Source: an uncultured Methylomirabilota bacterium | GTDB lineage: Bacteria > Methylomirabilota > Methylomirabilia > Methylomirabilales > 2-02-FULL-66-22 | Direction of reading: 5' to 3' | Assembly (NCBI GenBank): GCA_963705305.1 | Contig: OY970067.1 | Span: 672,001 to 736,000, forward strand | Length of the DNA: 64,000 nucleotides | Shown: in pieces, positions 1 through 9,766 of the stretch | How the letters are laid out: each line of letters opens with the position of its first letter | Position numbering within the stretch: position 1 is the stretch's first letter | Translations under genes and position numbers: made by a program | The notes under the pieces: generated by a model | Seen by the model: only the letters and a program-made list of their open reading frames with translations | The model's database searches: none | What the model was told of the DNA's origin: nothing

Positions 1-11
1 CGCTGTTGACC

Positions 12-68
12 ACCGGGCCGGGGGTCCTGTCGCCTGAAGCCGGAGGATCCCCGGCCCGGTTTGTTTTT
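12..68 (+). terminator. Rho-independent terminator of an upstream gene
   Basis: ACCGGGCCGGGG(GTCCT)...(AGGAT)CCCCGGCCCGGT stem followed by TTGTTTTT. Confidence 0.75.
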
Positions 69-105
69 GCGGCCGCTCCACGCCCCGCCGCCGAGGCGAA
101 AGGCG

Positions 106-135
106 TTGAATGGTATGGGGTTTGTGTGTTACAAG
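106..135 (+). promoter_or_regulatory. Putative sigma70 promoter of the selA operon
   Basis: TTGAAT (106-111), 18 bp, TG-n-TACAAG (130-135). Confidence 0.45.
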
Positions 136-165
136 AGGCTGGTCACCGTATCTGTCGAGGCCGAC

Positions 166-1614
166 ATGCGACATACCGTTCCGCCCCAGGTGAGTGCCAC
201 GCTGCGGCAAATTCCCGCGGTGGACGAGCTGTTGTCCGCCCCTCGCGCGCAGGATCTCCTGGCCCAGCACCCTCGCTGGGCGGTGCTGGAGGCGCTGCGC
301 GAGGTGCTGGCGGAGCGGCGGCGGCGCCTGGTGCATGGGGATGTCGTCCCCGAGGCAGCCGGGGCCATCCTGGGGCCGGAGGCCCTGTGGGCCGACGTGG
401 CCACGCTGACCGTCGAGAAGGCAGGGCCGTCCCTGCGGCCGGTCCTGAACGCCACGGGGGTCGTCATCCATACGAATCTGGGCCGGGCCCCGCTGGCGCC
501 GGCGGCGGTCCAGGCCGTGGAGGCCGCGGCGCGCGGGTACAGCAACCTGGAATTCGATCTGGACAGCGGCAGCCGGGGGTCGCGCCAGGTCCACGTGGAG
601 CGTCTCTTGTCCACCATCACCGGGGCCGAAGCGGCTCTGGTGGTGAATAACAACGCCGCCGCCGTGCTCCTGGCCGTCAACACCCTGGCCGACGGGAAGG
701 ACGTGGTCATCTCCCGCGGTGAGCTGGTGGAAATCGGCGATTCCTTCCGCATCCCCAACGTCATGGTGCGGGCGGGGGGTCGCCTGCGGGAGGTCGGCAC
801 GACCAACCGGACCCACCTCCGGGATTACGCGGAGGCCATCGGCCCCGAGACGGCCCTACTGCTCAAGGTGCACCGGAGCAACTTTCGGCTCCTGGGGTTC
901 ACGGCCGATGTGGAGACGACGGATCTGGTGGCGCTGGCGCGAGAGCGCGGGCTGCCGACCATGGAGGACCTCGGCAGCGGAGCCCTGCTGGATCTCAGCC
1001 TGCTGGGTCTCCGCCGCGAGCCGCTGGCCGCGGATGCCATTCGCGCCGGCGTGGACCTGGTCACGTTCAGCGGCGACAAGCTGCTCGGGGGGCCGCAGGC
1101 TGGCGTCCTGGTCGGTCGTCGGGACCTGCTGTCGCGCATCCGCCGGAATCCGCTGGCCCGCGCCGTCCGGATCGACAAGTTGTGCCTGGCCGGGCTGGAG
1201 GCCACGCTTCGTCTCGCGCGGGAGCCCGAGCGGGCGCGCCGGGAGATCCCCATCCTCCGCATGTTGAGCCTTTCCGCGGACCAGATCGGTGCCCGGGCGG
1301 AGGCGGCCGCCGCCGCCCTCCGGGCCGCGCAGCCGGACATCGTCTGCAGCATCGAGGATGGCCTGTCCGAGGTTGGGGGCGGAGCCCTGCCCCTCCAGCC
1401 GGTTCCCACCCGCCTGCTGGTGCTGGCTCCCCCGCCCGAGGGGGCCGCGGCCTTCGAGGCTCGCCTCCGGCGGGGTCGGCCCCCGGTGCTGGTTCGCATT
1501 CAGGCCGACCGGATCCTGGTGGATCTCCGCACGGTGGCAGAGGCCGAGGAGAGGGCGCTCCTGCACGCCCTGCAAGAGGCGTTTCGGGACGCCCGGAGGA
1601 GAGAAAGGGCATGA
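166..1614 (+). CDS. selA: L-seryl-tRNA(Sec) selenium transferase
   Basis: VLNATGVVIHTNLGRAPL, VVNNNAAAV, EVGTTNRT, FSGDKLLGGPQAG (PLP lysine); ATG at 166 preferred over TTG at 61. Confidence 0.96.
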   Translation: MRHTVPPQVSATLRQIPAVDELLSAPRAQDLLAQHPRWAVLEALREVLAERRRRLVHGDVVPEAAGAILGPEALWADVATLTVEKAGPSLRPVLNATGVVIHTNLGRAPLAPAAVQAVEAAARGYSNLEFDLDSGSRGSRQVHVERLLSTITGAEAALVVNNNAAAVLLAVNTLADGKDVVISRGELVEIGDSFRIPNVMVRAGGRLREVGTTNRTHLRDYAEAIGPETALLLKVHRSNFRLLGFTADVETTDLVALARERGLPTMEDLGSGALLDLSLLGLRREPLAADAIRAGVDLVTFSGDKLLGGPQAGVLVGRRDLLSRIRRNPLARAVRIDKLCLAGLEATLRLAREPERARREIPILRMLSLSADQIGARAEAAAAALRAAQPDIVCSIEDGLSEVGGGALPLQPVPTRLLVLAPPPEGAAAFEARLRRGRPPVLVRIQADRILVDLRTVAEAEERALLHALQEAFRDARRRERA

Positions 1615-2408
1615 CCGCGGACGAGCAGGCCCCGGCATCCGAATCGACCGATCTCCTGGTCATCGCCCAGAACCAGAAGGCCTCTGCCGAGGCGCTGGAA
1701 AAGATCCTGGACGAGCCGGAGCTGCCGCCCGAAGTGCTCATGGCCCTGCTCCGGAATCCCCAGACTCCAGGGATGGCCATGGCTCGGCTGGCGGAGCGGG
1801 CGACGGGACCTTTGCTGGATCTTCTGCTGGGGGGGCTGCAGCGCATCGCTCGCTGGCCGATCGTCTTGGAGGCGCTGCTCGCCAACCCCGCCGTGGCGGA
1901 GGTTCGCAAGCTGACCATCCGCCACGAGCTGGAGGTTGCCCGGAAACGGGAAATGGAGGGCGACCGGAAGAAGAAGAGCCTGCTCCTCATGATCAAGGAT
2001 CTCCCGGTCGGCCAGCGCCTGGCCCTGGCCAAGAAAGGGAACAAGGACGTCCGGATGGTCCTGATCAAGGACAGCAACGAGATGGTGGCGCTGGAGGTCG
2101 TAAGTTCGACCCGGATCACCGACGGGGAGATCCTGTCCGTCGCCCAGATGCGGGACATCTCGGACAAGATCCTGCGCTACATCGCCAATAACCGGAAATA
2201 TCGGCAGAACCGGCAGATCGTCCTCAGCCTGCTCCACAATCCGAAGACGCCGGTGGGGGTCAGCCTCAGCCTGGGGATCGGCAGCCTTTCGGATCGGGAG
2301 TTGAGCGATCTGGCCAGGGATCGGAACGTCCCTGCCGTGGTGGCGCGCGCCGCCCAGTCGGTGATCGAGCGTCGCCAGAGGCCGGTGACCCCGGCGGGCG
2401 GGCACTAG
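1611..2408 (+). CDS. Conserved hypothetical helical (LRV/HEAT-like repeat) protein
   Basis: ATG overlaps selA stop (ATGA); repeated LxxNP motifs (LLRNPQTP, LLANPA, LLHNPKTP); normal codon usage. Confidence 0.75.
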   Translation: MTADEQAPASESTDLLVIAQNQKASAEALEKILDEPELPPEVLMALLRNPQTPGMAMARLAERATGPLLDLLLGGLQRIARWPIVLEALLANPAVAEVRKLTIRHELEVARKREMEGDRKKKSLLLMIKDLPVGQRLALAKKGNKDVRMVLIKDSNEMVALEVVSSTRITDGEILSVAQMRDISDKILRYIANNRKYRQNRQIVLSLLHNPKTPVGVSLSLGIGSLSDRELSDLARDRNVPAVVARAAQSVIERRQRPVTPAGGH

Positions 2409-2411
2409 ATC

Positions 2412-3089
2412 ATGCGGGGGGTTTTCATCACGTTCGAGGGGGGCGAGGGGTCGGGGAAGTCCACCCAGCTGTCGACCGTGCTGGCCCATCTCCGGTCCAC
2501 AGAACGCGAGGTGCTCGAGACCTGCGATCCGGGCGGAACGTGCATCGGCGAGCAGATCCGCCGGACGCTTCTGGACCGGGGAAACGCCGACATGGATCCG
2601 ATGGCGGAGTTGTTCCTGTATGAGGCCAGCCGGGCGCAGTTGGTGCGGGAGATCATCCGACCCGCCCTGCAGGCGGGCCGGGTCGTCGTCTGCGACCGCT
2701 TCACCGATTCCACGACGGCCTATCAGGGCTACGGCCGAGGACTGGATCTGGACTTGATCGGCCGCTTGAATGCCCTGGCCACAGGGGGGCTCCGCCCGGA
2801 TCTCACCCTCCTCATGGACCTGGATCCGGCCGAGGGGCTGGCCAGGGTGGCCCGGCGGCAGGACTCCGGCCGCCCGCAGGAGGACCGCATCGAGGCCGAG
2901 TTGCTCGGGTTCCATCAGCGCGTTCGCGACGGCTACCAGGCCATCGCGGCGGCCGAGCCGGATCGGGTGGTCCTGCTGGATGCCTCCCGGGGGGCGCTGG
3001 AACTGGCCGCGGAGGTCTCCCGGTGGGTGGAGCGGCTGCTCGCCTCCGCCGACCGCGGCTCGGCGCGGGACGCTGCGGCGTCTGGGTGA
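2412..3089 (+). CDS. tmk: Thymidylate kinase
   Basis: FITFEGGEGSGKST P-loop, CDRFTDSTTAYQG. Confidence 0.96.
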   Translation: MRGVFITFEGGEGSGKSTQLSTVLAHLRSTEREVLETCDPGGTCIGEQIRRTLLDRGNADMDPMAELFLYEASRAQLVREIIRPALQAGRVVVCDRFTDSTTAYQGYGRGLDLDLIGRLNALATGGLRPDLTLLMDLDPAEGLARVARRQDSGRPQEDRIEAELLGFHQRVRDGYQAIAAAEPDRVVLLDASRGALELAAEVSRWVERLLASADRGSARDAAASG

Positions 3090-3093
3090 GGCC

Positions 3094-4098
3094 ATGCCGT
3101 TTCGCGACGTCCTGGGACAGCCAGAGGCGGTGGATCGGCTCCGTCGGGCCTGGATCGGGGGGCGGCTGGCTCAAGCTTATTGCTTCACCGGTCCCACGGG
3201 TGTCGGGAAGCGTACGACCGCCCTGGCGTTGGCCCAGGCCCTTAACTGCCTCGCCCCCACGGCGAGGGGCGCAGGGGCGGGTGCGGATGCCTGCGGCAGC
3301 TGCCGCGCCTGCCGGCGAATCGCCGCGGGGGTGCACCCCGACGTGACGCTCCTGACCCCCCAGGAGAAGACGGTCATCACCATCGAGCAGATTCGGGACC
3401 TGTCGGCCAGGGCGGGCATGCGCCCCTACGAGGGCGCGGCCAAGGTGTGGATTCTGGATCCGGCCGACCGGATGCAGGAGCCGGCCGCCAACGCTTTTCT
3501 CAAGACCTTGGAGGAGCCGGCGGGGGTCTCCCTGTTCATTCTGGTGACGGCGAGTCCCAGCGCCCTGCTGCCCACCATCCAATCGCGCTGCCAGGCGCTG
3601 CGGTTCGAGCCGCTGGGCGAGGCCAGCCTGCGCCGCATTCTGGAGGACGCCGGCCGATCCCCTCAGGAGGCGGCGTCCGCGGCGGCGATGGCGGGCGGGA
3701 GCGCCGAGCAGGCTCTGGAGATGGACGTGGAGCAGGCGCGCGCCCTCCGGGATCGGCTGGTGGATGGGGTCTGGGGCTGCCTAGGCTCGCTGCCGGCCCT
3801 CCTGGAGGAAGCCGCCCGGCTGGCCAAAGAAAAAGCGGGCCTCGAGCAGGCTCTTCAGATCCTGGCCGGGTTCACCCGGGACCTCGCCCTGGTCAAGCTG
3901 CGGGCGCCCGTCCCGTTGGCGCACGCCGAGCGGCAGGCCGAGGCAGAGCGCATCGCGGCGGCGCACTCCCTGGAGGCGCTGCTCGCGATTCATGCGGCGC
4001 AGGTTGACGCCCAGCAGGCCCTGGTCCGATACGCCCACCCGCGCTTGACCGCCGAACGCATGCTGCTCAGGATGCGGACGGCGGTCGGGGAAGGATGA
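3094..4098 (+). CDS. holB: DNA polymerase III delta' subunit
   Basis: GPTGVGK, CGSCRAC zinc motif, HPD, ANAFLKTLEEP, PTIQSRC; follows tmk. Confidence 0.93.
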   Translation: MPFRDVLGQPEAVDRLRRAWIGGRLAQAYCFTGPTGVGKRTTALALAQALNCLAPTARGAGAGADACGSCRACRRIAAGVHPDVTLLTPQEKTVITIEQIRDLSARAGMRPYEGAAKVWILDPADRMQEPAANAFLKTLEEPAGVSLFILVTASPSALLPTIQSRCQALRFEPLGEASLRRILEDAGRSPQEAASAAAMAGGSAEQALEMDVEQARALRDRLVDGVWGCLGSLPALLEEAARLAKEKAGLEQALQILAGFTRDLALVKLRAPVPLAHAERQAEAERIAAAHSLEALLAIHAAQVDAQQALVRYAHPRLTAERMLLRMRTAVGEG

Positions 4099-5117
4099 GG
4101 CCGATGAAAACAACCCGCGTGATCCGGGTGGAGTTCACATATCCCTCCCGGTTTCAATACTGTTCCGCCCCGGGCATCACCCTCCAGCCCGGCGAGATGG
4201 TGGTGGTGGAGACCGACTGGGGCGTGGGGATGGGCGAGGTCGGAGCCGTCCTGGAGGAATTCCCGGCCGAGATCCTGTCCCCCATGGTTCGACCGATCCT
4301 CCGCAAGGCGACGCCGACCGATCTGTCCAGGCGGGCGGCGCTGTCCCAGCGTGAGCGGCAGGCGCGGGCCTTTTGCCTCGAACGCATCCGGATTCGACAG
4401 CTCCCCATGAAGTTGACCGAGGTGCGCATCGGGCTGGATTCCAGCAAGGCCATGTTCTACTTCACCGCCGACGGCCGGGTGGACTTCCGCGAGCTGGTCA
4501 AGGATCTGGTGCAGCATCTCCGAACCCGCGTGGAGCTCCGTCAGATCGGGGTGCGGGATGAGGCCAAGGTGTTGGGCTGCACCGGGGCCTGCGGCCGCCC
4601 CTGCTGCTGCCGGGTCTTCCTGCAGGGCTTCGCCCCGGTCAGCATCCGGATGGCCAAGGACCAGAACCTGGCGTTGAATCCCGGAAAGCTTTCCGGCATC
4701 TGCGGGAGGCTGAAGTGCTGCCTGGCCTATGAGCATCCGCTGTACGCCGAGCTGAAGCGATCCCTCCCCAAGGTTGGAGCCCCCGTCGACACCTCCCGGG
4801 GGCCCGGGACCGTGCGGGCGCAGGACATCCTTCAGCAGACGCTCCTCGTCGGTCTCGAGACCGGCGGACAGGTCACACTCAAGGCCGGCGAGGTGACGGC
4901 CCGCCCCCGCAGCGAGCCGCCCCCGCGACATCGCCCCCACGCGCGAAGGGACGCCGGCCGACCCGCCGACCGCGACCAGGGCAGGGGGGCATCCCATACC
5001 TCCATGTCCCGGCCCGCACAGAGCGCCCGGCCGGAGCCGGCGCCGGCGGAAGCCGATGAGCCGGCCGCGAACTCCGACGACACCCCGCCGGAAATCGCAA
5101 TCCTCGAGGATCCGTGA
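4095..5117 (+). CDS. ricT: PSP1-domain protein (YaaT/RicT family)
   Basis: FYFTADGRVDFRELVKDL, RVELRQIGVRDEAK, GACGRPCCC, SGICGRLKCCLAYE; tmk-holB-yaaT-metG synteny; start may be 4104. Confidence 0.9.
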   Translation: MRPMKTTRVIRVEFTYPSRFQYCSAPGITLQPGEMVVVETDWGVGMGEVGAVLEEFPAEILSPMVRPILRKATPTDLSRRAALSQRERQARAFCLERIRIRQLPMKLTEVRIGLDSSKAMFYFTADGRVDFRELVKDLVQHLRTRVELRQIGVRDEAKVLGCTGACGRPCCCRVFLQGFAPVSIRMAKDQNLALNPGKLSGICGRLKCCLAYEHPLYAELKRSLPKVGAPVDTSRGPGTVRAQDILQQTLLVGLETGGQVTLKAGEVTARPRSEPPPRHRPHARRDAGRPADRDQGRGASHTSMSRPAQSARPEPAPAEADEPAANSDDTPPEIAILEDP

Positions 5118-5163
5118 AGGCATCCGGCCGGCCCACCCGGCCCTGACAGAGAGCGGAGCCCCT

Positions 5164-7068
5164 ATGTCCACCGACCTCTTCTACGTCACCACCCCCATCT
5201 ACTATGTCAACGCGCCGCCCCACTCGGGCCACGCCTACACCACCATCGTGGCCGATACGGTGTCCCGCTACCACCGGCTGGCCGGACGGCGGGTCTTCTT
5301 CTTGACCGGCACGGACGAGCACGGCGACAAGATCGCGCAGGCCGCCGCCAAAGCCAACGAGACGCCCCAGGCGTATGCCGATCGGATCAGCGGCGCCTTC
5401 CGCCAGACCTGGGAGCGGATGGGCCTCCGCTTCGATCAGTTCATCCGCACCACCGAGCCGCGGCACGCCCGGGTCGTGCAGGCCATCCTGCAGAAGATCT
5501 ACGATGCTGGGGACATCTACTTCGGCGAGTACGGGGGGCTGTACTGCGTCGGCTGCGAGCGCTTCTACACCGAGAAGGAGGCGGTGGACGGAAAATGCCC
5601 CGACCACCAGACGGCCCTGGAGTACGTCAAGGAGCAGAACTACTTTTTCCGGATGAGCCAGTACCAGGACTGGCTGATCCGCTACATTCAAGACCACCCC
5701 GGCTTCATCCGACCGGAGCGGTATCGAAACGAGGCGCTGGGATTCCTGCGCGACCCCCTGGAGGACCTGTGCATCTCGCGCCCCCGGTCGCGACTCACCT
5801 GGGGCATCCCGCTGCCCTTCGACGATCGGTACGTCACCTACGTCTGGTTCGACGCCCTCATCAACTACACCAGCGCCCTGGGCTACCCCGACGGGGAGCT
5901 GTTCCGGACTTTCTGGCCGGTGGCGCAGCACCTGATCGCCAAGGACATCCTAAAACCGCATGGCATCTACTGGCCGACGATGCTCCGGGCGGCGGGCATC
6001 CCTCCCTACCAGCACCTGAACGTTCACGGCTACTGGCTGATGGACGAGGCCAAGATGTCCAAGAGCCGCGGGCGAACTCTCTCCCCGATCGAGCTGGCCG
6101 ACAAGTACGGCCTGGACGCCCTGCGCTATTTTCTCCTGCGCGAGATGGTATTCGGCCTGGACGCCAATTTCAGCGAGGAGGCGCTGGTCGGCAGGCTCAA
6201 CGCCGACCTGGCCAACAACCTGGGCAATCTCTTGCAGCGGAGCGTGAGCATGGTGGGCCGCTACCTGGAGGGCCGCGTGCCGCCTGCTGGCGATCCGCTC
6301 GGCGAGGCGGACCGGCGGCTGCGCCAACTCGCCGAGGGCCTCGCGGCGAGGGTGGCCGAAGCCATGGAGGTGTTCGCCTTCCACCGGGCCCTGGAGGCCA
6401 TCTGGTTCCTGCTGGATGCCGCCAACCAGTACATTGATGAGCAGAAGCCGTGGGAACTGGCCAAGCGGGACCGCCAGGCGCTGGCCCGCGTCCTGGGTCA
6501 CACCTGCGAGGCCCTTCGCCTGGTGGGCCTGCACCTGATGCCCTTCATGCCTCCCACCGCTGAGAAGATCTGGGCGCGACTTGGGATCCCACGGCGGGCC
6601 GACGAGGTGCGGCTGGCGGAGGCCGGCCGGTGGGGGGCGGAGCCCCCGGGGCTGGCGGTCCAGGGCGATCCCCTGTTTCCGCGGGCGGAATTCTCGATGG
6701 AGGAGGCGCCCGCCGCGCCCCCGCCCCCGGCCGCCCAGGCGGGCGAGATCACCATCGAGGAGTTCCGGCGCCTGGATTTGAGGGTGGCGCTTGTCCTGGA
6801 GGCCGCGGCGGTTCCCGGTTCCAAGAAACTGGTGCAGCTCCGGGTCTCCACCGGCGCGGAGGAGCGGACGATCGTGGCCGGAATCCTCCTGGACTACCCG
6901 CCGGCCGATCTGGTGGGGAAGCAGATCGTCATCGTGGCCAACCTCAAGCCCTCCAAGCTCATGGGGGTGGAGTCGCGGGGCATGCTGCTGGCCGCCTCGG
7001 GCGCCGACGGCCGGCTGGTGCTGGTGACCCCCGAGCGGCCGGCGACCCCCGGCTCGCCGGTAAAATGA
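5164..7068 (+). CDS. metG: Methionine--tRNA ligase with C-terminal tRNA-binding domain
   Basis: YVTTPIYYVN, HSGH (HIGH variant), YVWFDALINY, KMSKS, C-terminal OB fold (IVANLKP..MG.ESRGML). Confidence 0.97.
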   Translation: MSTDLFYVTTPIYYVNAPPHSGHAYTTIVADTVSRYHRLAGRRVFFLTGTDEHGDKIAQAAAKANETPQAYADRISGAFRQTWERMGLRFDQFIRTTEPRHARVVQAILQKIYDAGDIYFGEYGGLYCVGCERFYTEKEAVDGKCPDHQTALEYVKEQNYFFRMSQYQDWLIRYIQDHPGFIRPERYRNEALGFLRDPLEDLCISRPRSRLTWGIPLPFDDRYVTYVWFDALINYTSALGYPDGELFRTFWPVAQHLIAKDILKPHGIYWPTMLRAAGIPPYQHLNVHGYWLMDEAKMSKSRGRTLSPIELADKYGLDALRYFLLREMVFGLDANFSEEALVGRLNADLANNLGNLLQRSVSMVGRYLEGRVPPAGDPLGEADRRLRQLAEGLAARVAEAMEVFAFHRALEAIWFLLDAANQYIDEQKPWELAKRDRQALARVLGHTCEALRLVGLHLMPFMPPTAEKIWARLGIPRRADEVRLAEAGRWGAEPPGLAVQGDPLFPRAEFSMEEAPAAPPPPAAQAGEITIEEFRRLDLRVALVLEAAAVPGSKKLVQLRVSTGAEERTIVAGILLDYPPADLVGKQIVIVANLKPSKLMGVESRGMLLAASGADGRLVLVTPERPATPGSPVK

Positions 7069-7137
7069 GAATGGCGCATCGCCGCCTCCCCCGACCCCGG
7101 CTGCGCGTCCGGCCGGCACACAGGAAGCGAGGAGCCA

Positions 7138-8217
7138 ATGAGTGATCCGTCGTACGCCGCATCGGGCGTCAACACGCTGAAGGAGGAGGCGGCGCTGGCC
7201 GGTCTGCTGCGCTGGGTCGGCAGGACGCTGGAGTTCGGACGCCATCGCTCGGCCCTGGACTTCGGTTACTTTGCCACCGTGCTCGACCTCGGCAACAACC
7301 TGGGCCTGGCCCTGTCCACCGACGGGGTCGGCACCAAACTCCTGGTGGCCGAGATGCTGGATCGGTACGATACCGTCGGCATCGACTGCGTGGCCATGAA
7401 CGTCAACGACCTCTTGTGCGTCGGCGCCGAGCCCCTCTGCATGCTCGACTACATCGCCGTCCAGGAGGCCGATCCCGCCATGCTGGAGGCCATCGGCAAG
7501 GGCCTCTACGAGGGGGCGCGACGGGCCAACATCTCCATCCCCGGCGGCGAGATCGCCCAGGTCCGAGAACTGATCCAGGGGGTGCGCGAGGGCCGCGGCT
7601 TCGACCTGGCCGGGGCCTGCGTCGGCCTGGTGGCCATGGACCGCATCATCGTCGGACAGGATATCCGGCCGGGCGACGCCGTCATCGGACTTCGGTCCAG
7701 CGGGATTCACAGCAACGGGCTGACGCTGGCCCGCGACGTCTTTTTCGGGCGGGCCAAGTACCGCCCCGACCAGTACGTCGAGGAGTTCGGCCGCACCCTG
7801 GGCGAGGAGCTCCTGGAGCCCACCCGGATCTACGTCCGGGAGGTGTTGGAGCTCTCCCGCTCCGGCATCGAGATCAAGGCCATGGCCCATATCACCAGCG
7901 ACGGCCTCACCAACCTGCTGCGGGTGCAGTCCCCTATCGGCTACGTCCTGGATTTCCTCCCGGCCCCCCAGCCCGTCTTCTCTCTCCTGCAACGGCTGGG
8001 CGGGGTCAGCGATGAAGAGATGTTTCAGGTCTACAACATGGGGATCGGTTTTTGCCTGGTCGTCCCTGCGGCCGATGCCGACCGGACCCTGGAGGCCTGC
8101 CGGCACCTGGCCCTGGAGGCCTATCGCCTGGGCCAGGCCGTGGCCGACCCGGCCCACTCCGTCCGACTGCCCAACGGCTTGGTGGGACACGGCAACACCT
8201 TCCGCCGTGCCGGATGA
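7138..8217 (+). CDS. purM: Phosphoribosylformylglycinamidine cyclo-ligase (AIR synthetase)
   Basis: YAASGV, STDGVGTK, GIDCVAMNVND, SSGIHSNG, AHIT, YNMGIG. Confidence 0.93.
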   Translation: MSDPSYAASGVNTLKEEAALAGLLRWVGRTLEFGRHRSALDFGYFATVLDLGNNLGLALSTDGVGTKLLVAEMLDRYDTVGIDCVAMNVNDLLCVGAEPLCMLDYIAVQEADPAMLEAIGKGLYEGARRANISIPGGEIAQVRELIQGVREGRGFDLAGACVGLVAMDRIIVGQDIRPGDAVIGLRSSGIHSNGLTLARDVFFGRAKYRPDQYVEEFGRTLGEELLEPTRIYVREVLELSRSGIEIKAMAHITSDGLTNLLRVQSPIGYVLDFLPAPQPVFSLLQRLGGVSDEEMFQVYNMGIGFCLVVPAADADRTLEACRHLALEAYRLGQAVADPAHSVRLPNGLVGHGNTFRRAG

Positions 8218-8234
8218 CTTGAGAGAGCCTGCGC

Positions 8235-8342
8235 ATGTCCGACCGGCATGACATCCTGCTGAAGCACGGCACGGTGATCGACCCCGCCAATGCGCAGGAG
8301 GGGCTGACCGCTCAAACGGCCGTCCGGCGATGCCATTCATAG
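8235..8342 (+). pseudogene. N-terminal stump of an amidohydrolase/dihydroorotase-family gene
   Basis: Manual translation MSDRHDILLKHGTVIDPANAQEG... matches the D-hhh-K-x-G-x-V-I-D-P amidohydrolase N-terminus; stops after 35 codons. Confidence 0.65.
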
Positions 8343-8406
8343 GGAGACCTCGGATCCAGTCGACGTTCGTTTTCATGCGGCCGCTCGGCCGGAAAGGAGC
8401 CGGAGG

Positions 8407-9702
8407 GTGACTCTCAAGATCATTGCTGCGGTGGTGACGGTCCTGACGTTCGGCGCCATCGTGCGGAAGGCGGAGGTGCGTCTGGCCCTGCTCACCGGGG
8501 GCCTGGTCATGGCCCTGATCTCCCTGAAGCCGCAAGCTTTTTTCGACGCCTTCATGAGCAGCATGACCATAGCGGGCCTGATCAGCGTCATCCTTCCCGT
8601 GATGGGCTTTGCCGCGGTGATGGAGCTGACGGGCTGCAACAGCCACCTGGTCAGGCTGCTGACCCAACCGCTCCTCAAGATCCAGATGATCGTGATCCCC
8701 GGGGCCATGCTGGTCACCTTTGTGATCAACATGGCCATCCCCAGCGCGGCCGGCTGCACCGCCGCCGTAGGCGTCATCCTGATCCCGGCCATGATGGCCG
8801 CCGGCATCCATCCCGCCATGGCGGCCGCCGCGGTGTTCGGGGGCACCTGGGGTTCGGTCTGGAGCCCCGGCTCTCCCCACCCGGCCATGATCGCCAAGAT
8901 CGCCAATACCTCGGTCATCAACGTCATTCTGGCTCACAAGACCGCTTCGATCCTGGCTGCCCTCCTGGTGGCTGTCCTGCTGTTCATCGAGGCGCGCCTC
9001 TTCCGGCAGGATCGGGACTGGACCCGCGAGAAGGCCGGCGCCAGCCTGAGCGAATCCCCGGCCGGGACCCGCGCCGCTGCCGCGAAGGTCAGCGTGGTGC
9101 GGGCTCTCATTCCCATGGTCCCGCTGGCCCTCCTGATCCTCACCGCGCCGCAATTGGGCCTGACGCCCAAGCTCTATCCCAAGGGCATGTCGGTCCTGGA
9201 GTCGATGCTCCTGGGAAGCGCGCTGGGCATGCTGGTGACCTGGACCAGCCCCACCAAGTCGCTCATCGAATTCTTTGACGCCATGGGCCGGGCCTACAGC
9301 TTCGTGATCGGGATCATCATCGCGGCTGGCGTCTTCATTGGCGGTCTCAATGCGGCGGGTGTGATCGACGCCTTGATCGAGGGTCTGAAGGCCTCCAAGT
9401 CCGCCGTGCCGTTTCTGGCCACCTTCGGGCCCATGCTGGTTGCGTTCCTGAGCGGATCGGGCGATGCCGCCACGATCGCGTTCAACACCGCCGTCACACC
9501 CCATGCCGCGCAGTTCGGCATCGGCCCGGTGGACCTGGGCAACCTGGCATGGATCGGCGGGGCCCTGGGGCGGAGCATGTCGCCCGTGGCGGCCGCCGGC
9601 ATCATCGCCGCCGGCTTCGCCGGGGTGAACCCCTTCGAGTTGGCCAAGCGCAATGCCATTCCTATGCTGGCGGCCGCCGTCGCGGTCATGCTGATCCTGT
9701 AG
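8407..9702 (+). CDS. dcuC: DcuC-family C4-dicarboxylate/organic acid transporter
   Basis: About 12 hydrophobic segments; MGFAAVM, IPSAAG, SGSGDAA, GRSMSPVA. Confidence 0.75.
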   Translation: MTLKIIAAVVTVLTFGAIVRKAEVRLALLTGGLVMALISLKPQAFFDAFMSSMTIAGLISVILPVMGFAAVMELTGCNSHLVRLLTQPLLKIQMIVIPGAMLVTFVINMAIPSAAGCTAAVGVILIPAMMAAGIHPAMAAAAVFGGTWGSVWSPGSPHPAMIAKIANTSVINVILAHKTASILAALLVAVLLFIEARLFRQDRDWTREKAGASLSESPAGTRAAAAKVSVVRALIPMVPLALLILTAPQLGLTPKLYPKGMSVLESMLLGSALGMLVTWTSPTKSLIEFFDAMGRAYSFVIGIIIAAGVFIGGLNAAGVIDALIEGLKASKSAVPFLATFGPMLVAFLSGSGDAATIAFNTAVTPHAAQFGIGPVDLGNLAWIGGALGRSMSPVAAAGIIAAGFAGVNPFELAKRNAIPMLAAAVAVMLIL

Positions 9703-9766
9703 GGGCGCACCGGCCCCCGGCCACAAGGACGGACCGGCCGGAGCGGGGAAAGAGGAGGAAGGCCAT

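Noticed and set aside
5218..5235. HSGH instead of HIGH in MetG as a sign of inactivity
   Set aside because: The second HIGH position is variable; KMSKS and other motifs are intact
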